Below are positions 36,921 through 45,114 of a stretch of 45,114 bases of DNA, one piece after another. A program made the position numbers and the translations under genes. The stretch is from NCBI GenBank assembly GCA_016234585.1, contig JACRBB010000027.1, positions 1 through 45,114 on the forward strand. The letters run 5' to 3'. A model generated the notes under the pieces. The model was not told where the DNA came from, made no database searches, and was given only the letters and a program-made list of their open reading frames with translations. The DNA comes from Candidatus Saccharimonadota bacterium (GTDB lineage Bacteria; Patescibacteriota; Saccharimonadia; Saccharimonadales; UBA10212). Every line of letters starts with the position of its first letter. Positions within the stretch are counted from its first letter, which is position 1.

Positions 36921-37868
36921 ATGAGCAAACTTATTCACACACCAGCGCTGGCGGCAATAACCGACCATAACCCAACCAGCAGCACTTTCACTATAGAACC
37001 CCTGCACACCGGCTATGGGATGACTCTTGGCAACAGCTTACGCCGTGTACTGCTGTCGAGCATTGCCGGCGCGGCAGTAACAGGCTTTAGAATCGATGGT
37101 GTTAGCCATGAATTTACTACTATCAAAGGTGTTACGGAAGACCTGGTAGCTATCATGCTCAATCTCAAAGGTGTCCGCTTCAAAGTCTTTGGCGAAGAAA
37201 CCCAAACATTGCGCCTAAACAAAAAGGGCAAGGGTCCAGTTAAAGCCAAGGACATCCAGCTAAGCTCCGACGTAGAGATAGTTAACCCCGATCATGTAAT
37301 CTGCCATATCGATGACGATAAAACCAACCTCACAATGGAGTTGACTGTAGAAATCGGCCGTGGGTACAGAGGTTTAGACGAGCAGGGCAGCGACAAAACA
37401 ATTAGCGATATGATTATGCTCGACGCGTTATTTACGCCAGTTTTACGAGTGCGCTATAAGGTCGAAAACACCAGGGTTGGCCGAGTTACTAACTTGGACA
37501 AGCTGCTTTTAACCGTTGATACGGACGGATCCATAACTCCCCGTGAAGCATTTGAAGAGGCCGCCGCAATCCTCATCAACCAGTACACGGCCCTAGCCGG
37601 TCAGACAAGGGTTGAGGTTGCCGCGCCGTTATCTAACGGTGAGCCCACCGGCACACCAACCGAGGATTTTGAAGAACCCGCCGAACTTATGACCTCCGTG
37701 GAGGACCTTAATCTTAGCGCCCGAACCACAAACGCTCTGGTTAACAACGATATCCACACTATCAAAGATTTACTATCCTTGAGTGAAGCCGAGCTGCGCG
37801 ACCTAAAAGGTTTTGGCAACAAAGCCTTAGATGAAGTTAAAGAAAAAATGGCGGAACTGGAGCTTTAG
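36921..37868 (+). CDS. rpoA: DNA-directed RNA polymerase subunit alpha
   Basis: 315 aa. GMTLGNSLRRVLLSS, and a C-terminal domain with LNLSARTTNAL...I.TIKDL. Confidence 0.95.
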   Translation: MSKLIHTPALAAITDHNPTSSTFTIEPLHTGYGMTLGNSLRRVLLSSIAGAAVTGFRIDGVSHEFTTIKGVTEDLVAIMLNLKGVRFKVFGEETQTLRLNKKGKGPVKAKDIQLSSDVEIVNPDHVICHIDDDKTNLTMELTVEIGRGYRGLDEQGSDKTISDMIMLDALFTPVLRVRYKVENTRVGRVTNLDKLLLTVDTDGSITPREAFEEAAAILINQYTALAGQTRVEVAAPLSNGEPTGTPTEDFEEPAELMTSVEDLNLSARTTNALVNNDIHTIKDLLSLSEAELRDLKGFGNKALDEVKEKMAELEL

Positions 37869-37893
37869 TTTAAAAAACTAAGAGGTTAAAATT

Positions 37894-38355
37894 ATGCACC
37901 GCCACGGATACAAAGGAAAGAAATTTGGACGCGAACGCGATCAACGCCAAGCCTTAATAAAAGGTTTGGCTGATTCGTTGGTGCTAAACGAATCAATCGA
38001 AACCACTCTGTCCAAGGCCAAGGCGGCCGTATCCTACACTGAAAAGCTAATTACCAAGGCCAAAAAAGGCGGTCTGCATAATCGTCGTCAAGTAATAAGC
38101 TCGCTAAACACCATAGAGGCCGCTCATAAATTAGTTGACGAGCTAGCTCCAAAGCTGAACAGCCGAGCCAGTGGCTACTTACGGATTGAAAAGGGCAACC
38201 TGCGCCGAGGTGATGGCGTCCAGTTAGCAAAAGTCAGCTTTGTTGATGATCTTAAGGCTAAAGCGCCGGCTAAAAAAACCGACGACGGGTCTTCCAAGGC
38301 TCCTGTCGCCAAGAAACCGGCTACCAAAAAACCCACAACAAAGGACACTAAATAA
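37894..38355 (+). CDS. rplQ: 50S ribosomal protein L17 (Lys/Ala/Pro-rich C-terminal extension)
   Basis: MHRHGYKGKKFGRERDQRQAL. Extra tail KAKAPAKKTDDGSSKAPVAKKPATKKPTTKDTK. Confidence 0.93.
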   Translation: MHRHGYKGKKFGRERDQRQALIKGLADSLVLNESIETTLSKAKAAVSYTEKLITKAKKGGLHNRRQVISSLNTIEAAHKLVDELAPKLNSRASGYLRIEKGNLRRGDGVQLAKVSFVDDLKAKAPAKKTDDGSSKAPVAKKPATKKPTTKDTK

Positions 38356-38801
38356 TGAAGACTTTTAGCGCTAAACCGGCTGATGTCACACGACAATGGT
38401 ACATACTGGATGCTTCCGAAACGCCACTGGGGCGTTTGGCAACGGTAGCCTCTCGGTTACTAATGGGTAAGGACAAAGTTTCCGTAACTCCACATGTGGA
38501 CAGCGGCGATTACGTTATTGTAATCAACGCCGGTAAACTGGTCGTTAGCGCCAATAAACTTCAAACCAAAGTCTACTGGCGATACAGCGGGTTCCCAGGG
38601 GGTATAAAAAAGCGAACATTGGCCGAATCACAGGAGCTTGATCCCACATACGCTATCACTCACGCTATACGGGGTATGTTGCCAGTCAATAAATTACGGG
38701 ATGGGCGGCTAGCGCGGCTCAAAGTTTATAGCGGTAACGATTATAATCACAGCGCTCAAAAACCTCAAACCTTATCACTTACATCAAAAGGAAAGAAGTA
38801 A
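38355..38801 (+). CDS. rplM: 50S ribosomal protein L13
   Basis: KPADVTRQWYILDA...LGRLAT. Confidence 0.95.
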   Translation: MKTFSAKPADVTRQWYILDASETPLGRLATVASRLLMGKDKVSVTPHVDSGDYVIVINAGKLVVSANKLQTKVYWRYSGFPGGIKKRTLAESQELDPTYAITHAIRGMLPVNKLRDGRLARLKVYSGNDYNHSAQKPQTLSLTSKGKK

Positions 38802-38804
38802 CCT

Positions 38805-39206
38805 ATGGCCAGCAACAACTATTTTTACGCGTTAGGACGTCGAAAAAGCGCGACAGCCAGAGTCCGATTAGCATCCGGTAAAGGAACGATCGTGGTGAAC
38901 GACAAGCCAGTAACGGATTATTTTGCCAACAGTAAGTACCTGCACAGCGAACTTATCAAACCTTTTACGGTCTTAGAACTTGAACCGCAGAAGTATAATA
39001 TCACTGTTAAAGTGGTTGGTGGCGGTCATGCTAGCCAGGTAGATGCTATCCGATTGGGAATAGCTAAATCGTTATCCGAGCTAAACGAAGACTATCGAGC
39101 CACACTTAAAAGAGCCGATTTGCTTGGGCGTGACCCTCGCGAACGAGAACGCAAGAAGTTCGGTCTAAAAAGCGCCCGTAAACAACGCCAGTTTACCAAG
39201 CGTTAG
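38805..39206 (+). CDS. rpsI: 30S ribosomal protein S9
   Basis: GRRKSATARVRL...GGG...RKKFGLKSARKQRQFTKR. Confidence 0.95.
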   Translation: MASNNYFYALGRRKSATARVRLASGKGTIVVNDKPVTDYFANSKYLHSELIKPFTVLELEPQKYNITVKVVGGGHASQVDAIRLGIAKSLSELNEDYRATLKRADLLGRDPRERERKKFGLKSARKQRQFTKR

Positions 39207-39242
39207 TATTAAACCCTGTCCGGTCTTGCAGACAAGTCATAA

Positions 39243-40295
39243 TTGACGGATACTATTAGTAGAGTGAGCAAAGAAGTAATTTTAACCGGTTTACGGTCTA
39301 ATAGTGAGCTACACCTGGGTAATTATTTAGGGGCGATTATGCCTATGGTTGACATGCAGAAAAAGCACGCCGGACAGTACCAGCTGAATATGTTTATCCC
39401 TGATTTACATAGCTTCACCACGCCGATTGACCACGGCAAACTGTACGAGCAGACTCTGAAAAACCTAAAAGTGTTCGTAGCTGCTGGCCTTGATATCAAT
39501 CAACCAGATACATACATCTATCGCCAGAGCTATATTTCTGCGCATAGTGAGCTAACTTGGATATTTGACTGCTTTGCTTACTTTGGTGAGCTGTCGCGTA
39601 TGACCGAGTTTAAGGATAAGAGCAGCCGACAAGAGAATATAAGCGTAGGATTATTCAACTATCCTGTTTTGATGGCAGCTGACATTTTGCTTTATGGCGC
39701 CAAATGGGTGCCGGTTGGCGAGGATCAACGCCAACACGTGGAGTTCGCCCGAGAGTTGGCGAATCGTCTAAATAATCGATTCAAGAATCTTTTTGTGATA
39801 CCCGAAGACAATGCTAAGCAAACCGAATTTGCCGGACGTAGTGAGCCGGTACGGGTTCGATCGCTGCGTAATCCTGATAAGAAAATGAGTAAGAGCGTTG
39901 AGGATCCGGCCGGAACCATTATGCTTAGCGATAACCCGGACGAGGCGGCTAAAAAGGTCATGAGCGCGACTACCGACTCACTGGGATCGGTTAACTACGA
40001 TTGGGAAAAGCAGCCAGGGATTACAAACTTGCTTCAAGTGTTAGCCTTACTATCCAATAAATCTCAAAACGAGATAAATAGCCAATGGCAAGCTAAATCA
40101 AGCTACACTGAGCTAAAATCCGCTGTAGCTGACGTCGTCAAAGCCTTTTTAAGTGATTTGCAGGCTAAATTATCCCAAGTTGATGAGCAAGCCCTAACGG
40201 ACAAGTTAGAGACCGACGAGGCCGCCATGAGTAAAGTCGCCAACGCTACACTCCTAAAAGTCCAACAAGCTGTTGGGCTGCGTCCTGCCATCTAG
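39243..40295 (+). CDS. trpS: Tryptophan--tRNA ligase
   Basis: Class I HIGH-type HLGNYLGA and KMSKS. Size and overall layout fit TrpS. Start uncertain: TTG at 39243 or GTG at 39264. Confidence 0.85.
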   Translation: MTDTISRVSKEVILTGLRSNSELHLGNYLGAIMPMVDMQKKHAGQYQLNMFIPDLHSFTTPIDHGKLYEQTLKNLKVFVAAGLDINQPDTYIYRQSYISAHSELTWIFDCFAYFGELSRMTEFKDKSSRQENISVGLFNYPVLMAADILLYGAKWVPVGEDQRQHVEFARELANRLNNRFKNLFVIPEDNAKQTEFAGRSEPVRVRSLRNPDKKMSKSVEDPAGTIMLSDNPDEAAKKVMSATTDSLGSVNYDWEKQPGITNLLQVLALLSNKSQNEINSQWQAKSSYTELKSAVADVVKAFLSDLQAKLSQVDEQALTDKLETDEAAMSKVANATLLKVQQAVGLRPAI

Positions 40296-40296
40296 G

Positions 40297-41184
40297 ATGA
40301 ACGACAAGAAACACGTCCAAGAAATAAACGTAACTCCAACCGATTATGGCTTGCGAGCCGATATATTTATCGCCAGTAACAACCCTCAGTTCACACGGGC
40401 CACACTTGCTAAGCTATTTGACGGGGTTCATGTTTTAGTCAACGGCCAATCTGTTAAGCATGGCTATAAGCTGCGGGCTGGCGACAGGATTAAGTTAGAT
40501 ACTAGCCCACTGGAGAGTATTCCGGTAACCGTAAACATCCCCGTAATTTATGAAAACAATGATGTTGTTGTGATGGATAAGCCAGCTGGTATGCTTACGC
40601 ACAGCAAAGGCAGCTTTAACGCCGAAGCCACGGTGGCCAGCTTTTTGGCTACCAAAATAACAGATCCGCACCTAGCTGGTAACCGAGCTGGTATAGTTCA
40701 TCGTTTAGACCGGGTAACCAGCGGTGTTATTATCGGCGCCAAAAACTCCGCTACCCAGACTTGGCTGCAAAAGCAGTTCTCATCCCGTAAAGTTAAAAAA
40801 ACTTACCTGGCTGTAGTAGAGGGAGTGCCTGAACCTAAAATCGCGACTATTGATGCCCCAATTGGCCGCAATCCCAAGTACCCTCAGACATTTATAGTCA
40901 CACCACTTGGCCGGCCGGCTCAAACAGAATATAAGATTCTAAAAACTGTAAGTATTGACGGAAAAAACAAGTCACTGGTCGAACTAAAGCCCACAACCGG
41001 CCGGACGCATCAGTTAAGAGTCCACATGGCATATATCAGACATCCGATTGTTGGCGATAGCGTCTACGGCCACCAAGGTCAGCACATGATGCTTCACGCT
41101 TACAAACTGGAGCTGACTATTCCTGGCGGCCAACGAAAAGTCTTTAGCGCTCCCACCCCGGAAAGCTTTAAGGGATTAGTTTGA
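40297..41184 (+). CDS. rluD: RluA-family 23S rRNA pseudouridine synthase (RluD-like)
   Basis: N-terminal S4 domain followed by the catalytic HRLDRVTSGVII motif. The ATG at 40297 is preferred over the track start at 40273, which overlaps trpS. Confidence 0.75.
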   Translation: MNDKKHVQEINVTPTDYGLRADIFIASNNPQFTRATLAKLFDGVHVLVNGQSVKHGYKLRAGDRIKLDTSPLESIPVTVNIPVIYENNDVVVMDKPAGMLTHSKGSFNAEATVASFLATKITDPHLAGNRAGIVHRLDRVTSGVIIGAKNSATQTWLQKQFSSRKVKKTYLAVVEGVPEPKIATIDAPIGRNPKYPQTFIVTPLGRPAQTEYKILKTVSIDGKNKSLVELKPTTGRTHQLRVHMAYIRHPIVGDSVYGHQGQHMMLHAYKLELTIPGGQRKVFSAPTPESFKGLV

Positions 41185-42071
41185 TGAGTAAAAGCGCCAC
41201 TGACAACTTACTCCTACACCCAAAGACACGAGCCGACGTACTAACCTTTCTGAGTAAACCAGCGCACGCCCTGATGATTGTCGGGGAAGCAGGATCGGGT
41301 AAAAAAAGCGCTGCCGAGGCTATCAGCTCAGATCTGTTGGGAGTTCCAATGACGGAACTCAGTCGGCACCCATTCTTTATAAAGCTACAAAAAGCCAGCG
41401 ACAAGCAAGAGATACCCATTGATTCCGTAAGGAATCTCTTGAAAAACATAACATTAAAGACTGCAGGCACAGCGCAAACTAGACGGGTAGTTGTCATAGA
41501 GGAGGCTCACCTCCTTAGTGAAGAAGCCCAAAACGCCTTGCTTAAGACTCTGGAAGAACCAGCAGCAGACACCGTATTTATACTGACAGCCCCATCAGTA
41601 AGGAGTGTCTTGCCCACCATCGCGTCACGGGTCAGACTAATCCCAGCCCACAGCATCAGCAAAGAAACAGCTATGAGTTTTTACTCAACAAAACACCAGG
41701 CCAAGGCCATACAGGACGCCTGGCATTTAAGTTCCGGAAGCGCCAAACTAATGGAATCAATCTTAGCCGATAGCGATATTCCGCTAAAAAAATCAATCGA
41801 TGAAGCCAAGCTTTTTTTGTCCCGCGACGCCTATGGTAAGCTGCTGATGGTCGATGAAATAAGCAAAGACAGGCAACATTTTGACCAATTTCTTGAAGCC
41901 CTCGAAAAAATATTGCAGGCTCTGCAGCGTAGCCCCAATAACCAAAGTAAATCAGCCACTTCCAGGTTACTAAATAATCGTAAGCTAGTGTCCAAGCTCC
42001 GAAAAAATCGGCTCGCTAACGTTAATACTAGACTGATTGTGCTTGAGCTAGCGCTTAATTTAAACCTTTGA
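41181..42071 (+). CDS. holB: DNA polymerase III subunit delta'
   Basis: 296 aa. VGEAGSGKKS P-loop, VVVIEEAHLLSEEAQNALLKTLEEP, then TAPS...LPTIASR. ATGA overlap with the upstream gene. Confidence 0.7.
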   Translation: MMSKSATDNLLLHPKTRADVLTFLSKPAHALMIVGEAGSGKKSAAEAISSDLLGVPMTELSRHPFFIKLQKASDKQEIPIDSVRNLLKNITLKTAGTAQTRRVVVIEEAHLLSEEAQNALLKTLEEPAADTVFILTAPSVRSVLPTIASRVRLIPAHSISKETAMSFYSTKHQAKAIQDAWHLSSGSAKLMESILADSDIPLKKSIDEAKLFLSRDAYGKLLMVDEISKDRQHFDQFLEALEKILQALQRSPNNQSKSATSRLLNNRKLVSKLRKNRLANVNTRLIVLELALNLNL

Positions 42072-42095
42072 AACTGCTATAATATAAAGCTGAAT

Positions 42096-42749
42096 ATGTA
42101 CGCACTTGCACTATTAATACTTCTTGGTTTTCTGGTCTACCGGCACGCTCGGCACTCCGAGCACCAGATGATTGTAATTCCTAGGCGAATTGGCGATAGG
42201 TTAACCAAACTATGGGAAATCGCCTACCACGGTATGCGTGAAAACCGTTTTTTACGGGCCGAGAAAGCCTTGCTGACTATTTTAAAGATTGACGAGAAAA
42301 ATGCCGCGGCCTATAACCGCCTGGGTATCCTGTACGCCAAACAGCGGGAGTACAAGGACGCTATCGACTGTTTTGAGATTGCCAGCAGCGTTGAGCCAAG
42401 CGCCTCAAGTCTTCATAACCTTGGCTTGATATATTACGAAACCGAAAATTATCAAAAAGCGGCTACCGCCTTTGAGCAGGCGCTGAAAATGGAAGATAGC
42501 CTAGCTGCCCGCCACATAGCCTACGCCAAAGTGCAAGAGAAAATGGGTAACGACAAGCTGATGCTGCAAGAACTCGAAAAAGCCGTGGAGTTGGAACCCA
42601 ATCCCGAAACCTATACTTTACTAGGCAAAGCCTACGAATCCCGCGGCATGGTAGAGGAAGCCACCGCGGTCAATAAGCAACTAAGCAAGCTGATTATGCC
42701 AGCTGGCCGACCTAAACGCATCCTCCGCCCTAAACGAGTTGTTATTTAA
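42096..42749 (+). CDS. Membrane-anchored tetratricopeptide-repeat protein
   Basis: N-terminal TM helix YALALLILLGFLVY followed by 3-4 TPR units (AAYNRLGILYAKQREYKDAIDCFEIA...). Confidence 0.65.
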   Translation: MYALALLILLGFLVYRHARHSEHQMIVIPRRIGDRLTKLWEIAYHGMRENRFLRAEKALLTILKIDEKNAAAYNRLGILYAKQREYKDAIDCFEIASSVEPSASSLHNLGLIYYETENYQKAATAFEQALKMEDSLAARHIAYAKVQEKMGNDKLMLQELEKAVELEPNPETYTLLGKAYESRGMVEEATAVNKQLSKLIMPAGRPKRILRPKRVVI

Positions 42750-42780
42750 AAAAGTAAGTTCCTATTTTAGGAACTTACTT
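42745..42780 (-). terminator. Rho-independent terminator of the minus-strand tRNA pair (also the stop point for the + strand TPR gene)
   Basis: 11-bp stem aagtaagttcc/ggaacttactt with loop tatttta. An A-run on the + strand becomes the U-tract on the minus strand. It abuts the 3' end of tRNA-Tyr. Confidence 0.7.
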
Positions 42781-42866
42781 TGGTGCAGGGTGTAGGATTC
42801 GAACCTACGAAGGCGAATGCCAACAGATTTACAGTCTGCCGTGTTTGACCGCTTCACTAACCCTGC
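42781..42866 (-). tRNA. tRNA-Tyr (anticodon GTA), long variable arm, encoded CCA
   Basis: Reverse complement gives acceptor gcagggt/accctgc, anticodon loop ctGTAaa, T-loop ggttcgaatcc, and 3' acca. Confidence 0.85.
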
Positions 42867-42870
42867 GAAT

Positions 42871-42894
42871 GCTCTAAGCATCACTGCTTAGAGC
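42871..42894. repeat. Perfect 10-bp-stem palindrome gctctaagca-tcac-tgcttagagc between the two tRNAs
   Basis: Read directly. No flanking U-tract on either strand, so it is more likely a processing hairpin than a terminator. Confidence 0.5.
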
Positions 42895-42962
42895 TAATTG
42901 TAACACCTCTGGGACTTGATCCCACAGGCAATTTGGCGCTCTCGCAAGTAGTTACCGCCAAA

Positions 42963-43038
42963 TGGAGCCGACAGAGGGATTCGAACCCACGACCCGCTGT
43001 TTACAAAACAGCCGCTCTGGCCACTGAGCTATGTCGGC
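42963..43038 (-). tRNA. tRNA-Thr (anticodon TGT), encoded CCA
   Basis: Reverse complement gives gccgaca...tgtcggc, anticodon stem gctgt/acagc with loop ttTGTaa, and T-loop ggttcgaatcc. Confidence 0.85.
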
Positions 43039-43049
43039 AAGCATTCGGA

Positions 43050-43078
43050 AGTCTACCAAAATATCTAATCTGTTTCAA
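43050..43078 (-). promoter_or_regulatory. Candidate promoter of the tRNA-Thr/tRNA-Tyr unit (TTGAAA-17 nt-TAGACT on the minus strand)
   Basis: The reverse complement of the + strand tttcaa (43073-78) and agtcta (43050-55). The -10 box ends 11 nt before the 5' end of the tRNA. Confidence 0.45.
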
Positions 43079-43146
43079 GGAGTGACATAAGAACAATCAG
43101 CTTCCGCTTTATTGTACACGACCAAGATGTTAACCTATTTACAGAC

Positions 43147-44163
43147 ATGGAGCAAGAATTATTAAGCTATATTAAAAATGCCCAGCGCATCTTAGTGACT
43201 TCACATGTTTCGCCAGACCCTGACGCTATTTGTTCGTCCCTGCTTCTGGCAAACACGATTAAAGCAAATTTTAAAGACAAATCCGTATTCATCAGCCTTG
43301 AAAACGAACCCGACGCGCTTAGCTTTCTTCACGGATATGACAGGATTGAGTTTAAAAGCCTTGCTGATTCAATCAAAAAAAACAGCCCCCAACTGCTAAT
43401 AGCCGTAGACTCGCCCAACATAAAAAGATGCACCCGGGGAGGTATAGATGCGGTTATGCAGAACTTGACGGCGCTGGGTACGAAAACAGTCGGTATCGAT
43501 CACCACCAACCAGATAACAGCGATGTCTTTGACCTATACCTGAACAAAACCGGTCCGGCGGCAGTCCAGGAAATTTACGAGGTTTGTTTTGACGAGCTTA
43601 AACTTATAAAACCGAGCGGCTACGCCGAAACTACGATGTTTGGCCTATATTCCGATACAGGCGGATTTGTTTATAAGAACACCCGGCCTCGCCGGACATT
43701 CAAGCTTGTGGCTGACTTGATAGACGAAGGCGTGAATTTAGAGTCAATCCATAATAAACTGCATAGCTACACCAGTGATCACTTGAAAGTCTTAGGCGAA
43801 CTAGCCACAAACGTGAGTGGCGGCAAAGACTACACTTATACTTATGTAAGCGACGATTTTTATAAGCAGTGGCAGAACGATGGTAAGTCGCCGACGGTCT
43901 TAAGGACAGCCTGTAAGATGTTCGTGGATGATTATATCCGTAATATTGACGGCAGATTATGGGGTTTTATAGTCTACCAGAACCCATTGCTTGGTGAAGA
44001 CGGCTACTCTGTTTCCTTACGTTCGGTCGGTGGAATCGTTGATGTTTCGGCTGTTGCTAAAAAACTGGGTGGCGGTGGGCATAAACCAGCCGCCGCCGCG
44101 GAGGTGCATGTTAAATCAATCCAGGAAGCCGTGGCCAAGGTTGAATCCGCTATAGCTTCATAG
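43147..44163 (+). CDS. DHH/DHHA1-family phosphoesterase (NrnA-like oligoribonuclease/pAp phosphatase)
   Basis: HVSPDPDAICS, GIDHHQPD, and the DHHA1 motif GGGGHKPAAA. Confidence 0.8.
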   Translation: MEQELLSYIKNAQRILVTSHVSPDPDAICSSLLLANTIKANFKDKSVFISLENEPDALSFLHGYDRIEFKSLADSIKKNSPQLLIAVDSPNIKRCTRGGIDAVMQNLTALGTKTVGIDHHQPDNSDVFDLYLNKTGPAAVQEIYEVCFDELKLIKPSGYAETTMFGLYSDTGGFVYKNTRPRRTFKLVADLIDEGVNLESIHNKLHSYTSDHLKVLGELATNVSGGKDYTYTYVSDDFYKQWQNDGKSPTVLRTACKMFVDDYIRNIDGRLWGFIVYQNPLLGEDGYSVSLRSVGGIVDVSAVAKKLGGGGHKPAAAAEVHVKSIQEAVAKVESAIAS

Positions 44164-44174
44164 ATATTACTCCT

Positions 44175-44203
44175 TTGATGTAGCCGGCCATCTCTAGTAC
44201 AAT
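44175..44203 (+). promoter_or_regulatory. Candidate promoter TTGATG-17 nt-TACAAT upstream of tRNA-Thr(GGT)
   Basis: Hexamers read directly. The -10 box ends 16 nt before the tRNA. Confidence 0.45.
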
Positions 44204-44219
44204 AAAGCCCGTTATACAG

Positions 44220-44295
44220 GCCGTCCTAGCTCAATTGGTAGAGCGCATCCATGGTAAGGATGAGGTAACGGGTTCGAATCCCGTGGACGGCTCCA
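44220..44295 (+). tRNA. tRNA-Thr (anticodon GGT), encoded CCA
   Basis: Acceptor gccgtcc/ggacggc, anticodon stem catcc/ggatg with loop atGGTaa, and T-loop ggttcgaatcc. Confidence 0.85.
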
Positions 44296-44297
44296 CA

Positions 44298-44326
44298 TTG
44301 CCCGACGGCGTCACATCTGTTATAAT
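44298..44326 (+). promoter_or_regulatory. Candidate internal promoter TTGCCC-17 nt-(TGt)TATAAT for rpmG
   Basis: Extended -10 motif TGtTATAAT read directly between the tRNA and rpmG. Confidence 0.45.
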
Positions 44327-44347
44327 CATTGTTAAAGGAATTTGTTT

Positions 44348-44554
44348 ATGGGCAAAAAAAGCGAGAAACGCAAAATATTGGGATTGGTTTGCGATGCCTG
44401 CGGGCAGCGTCATTACTACACGACCAAAAACACTATGAACACACCGGACAAGATAGAACTTAGCAAGTACTGTCCAGTTAAGCGCGTCAACGCCAAACAA
44501 CTCGAAACCAAAAAAAGCCTGGGCCGCAACGAAGTCAAGCCCCGCAAACATTAG
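44348..44554 (+). CDS. rpmG: 50S ribosomal protein L33 (with C-terminal extension)
   Basis: KILGLVCDACGQRHYYTTKNTMNTPDKIELSKYCPVKR matches the L33 core. The ATG at 44348 follows aagga. The second CxxC pair is degenerate (CPVK). Confidence 0.85.
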   Translation: MGKKSEKRKILGLVCDACGQRHYYTTKNTMNTPDKIELSKYCPVKRVNAKQLETKKSLGRNEVKPRKH

Positions 44555-44596
44555 ATTTTATATCTGTTTTCATGCTATGTTTTATGGGTGGTGCAA

Positions 44597-44671
44597 AGGG
44601 GCATAGTACAACGGCTAGTATAAAGGTCTCCAAAACCTTAGATCGTGGTTCGATTCCACGTGCCCCTGCCA
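44597..44671 (+). tRNA. tRNA-Trp (anticodon CCA), encoded CCA
   Basis: Acceptor aggggca/tgcccct, anticodon stem aaggt/acctt with loop ctCCAaa, and T-loop ggttcgattcc. Confidence 0.85.
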
Positions 44672-44747
44672 ATATCACCAATGACGCGCTATTCCCAACA
44701 AACACTAACTCTTTCCAGCCGACTATCTTAAGTGGTAAAATTTTTAG

Positions 44748-45114
44748 ATGAGTAAACTAGCTTTAAGCAAGCCAGTAGTCATATTTATGTATGGCTTCCC
44801 GGGTTCCGGTAAAAGCTACGTGGCGCGGAACTTAGCCGAATCAATAGAAATGGCCAATGTCAGCGCCGATAGGCTGCGCAGTGAGCTTTTTGAACATCCC
44901 CGTTACGACACTCAAGAAAACGCCATAATTACCCACCTGATGAACTATATGACCGAGGAGTTCTTAAGCTCCGGCGTCAGTGTAGTTTACGATGCCAGTG
45001 CCTTCCGGTTGGCCACCCGCCGCAACCTGCGCGAGCTTGCCAGGAAACACAAAGCCGAACATTTACTGGTGTGGCTTCAGATAGACGTAGAAAGCGCTTA
45101 CGCCCGTACCCAAA
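44748..45114 (+). CDS. P-loop NTPase / putative kinase (AAA_33 or zeta-toxin-like fold), truncated at the 3' end by the window edge
   Basis: Hand translation gives MSKLALSKPVVIFMYGFPGSGKSYVARNLAE...VVYDASAF...LVWLQID. It has a Walker A motif GFPGSGKS and stays open to the end of the window. Confidence 0.6.
   Translation, partial: MSKLALSKPVVIFMYGFPGSGKSYVARNLAESIEMANVSADRLRSELFEHPRYDTQENAIITHLMNYMTEEFLSSGVSVVYDASAFRLATRRNLRELARKHKAEHLLVWLQIDVESAYARTQ

Noticed and set aside
1-45114. CRISPR arrays, rRNA genes, transposases or IS elements, inteins in rpoB/rpoC/recG, and programmed frameshifts.
   Set aside because: No regularly spaced repeats or rRNA signatures were seen. No transposase- or integrase-like ORF is present. 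The large genes have ordinary lengths with contiguous conserved blocks.

Overview
This 45-kb window is almost entirely core information-processing genes from a compact, roughly 50% GC bacterium. In order it carries recG, rsmD, tRNA-Leu, a Y-family polymerase cassette, hisS, tig, clpP and rpoB-rpoC. Then come the str, S10, spc and alpha ribosomal operons (rpsL to rplQ), rplM-rpsI, trpS, an RluD-like synthase, holB, a TPR protein, tRNA-Tyr and tRNA-Thr on the minus strand, a DHH phosphoesterase, tRNA-Thr-rpmG-tRNA-Trp, and a truncated P-loop gene. L30 is absent (rpsE and rplO overlap). adk and map are missing after secY. Several ribosomal proteins are zinc-free or carry extensions. Together these fit a Patescibacteria/CPR (possibly Saccharibacteria-like) genome, but that assignment is inference only.

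The most unusual signal is that the normally invariant rpsL-to-rpsS gene string is interrupted several times.
- Three unrelated orphan ORFs (114, 83 and 94 aa; two net acidic, the 83-aa one near neutral) exactly fill the rpsG|fusA, tuf|rpsJ and rplB|rpsS junctions. Gaps are 1-7 nt, and two of the ORFs supply the Shine-Dalgarno (SD) site for the downstream essential gene.
- A catalytically intact FabD-like acyltransferase with its own promoter sits between fusA and tuf.
- rpsJ is cut off from rplC by a terminator, a NUDIX gene, a small membrane protein, a new promoter and a structured leader.

Other points worth a second look:
- a near-consensus CIRCE (HrcA) operator overlaps the clpP promoter;
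- a strong promoter and a ~245-nt palindrome-rich leader precede a small-ORF plus Y-family-polymerase pair;
- operon-head genes repeatedly have -10 boxes only 5-12 nt from the start codon, suggesting leaderless or near-leaderless mRNAs.

No CRISPR array, rRNA gene, transposase or integrase was seen. Hand-located features (tRNAs, promoters, hairpins) are accurate to about +/-2 nt. No searches or computations were run.
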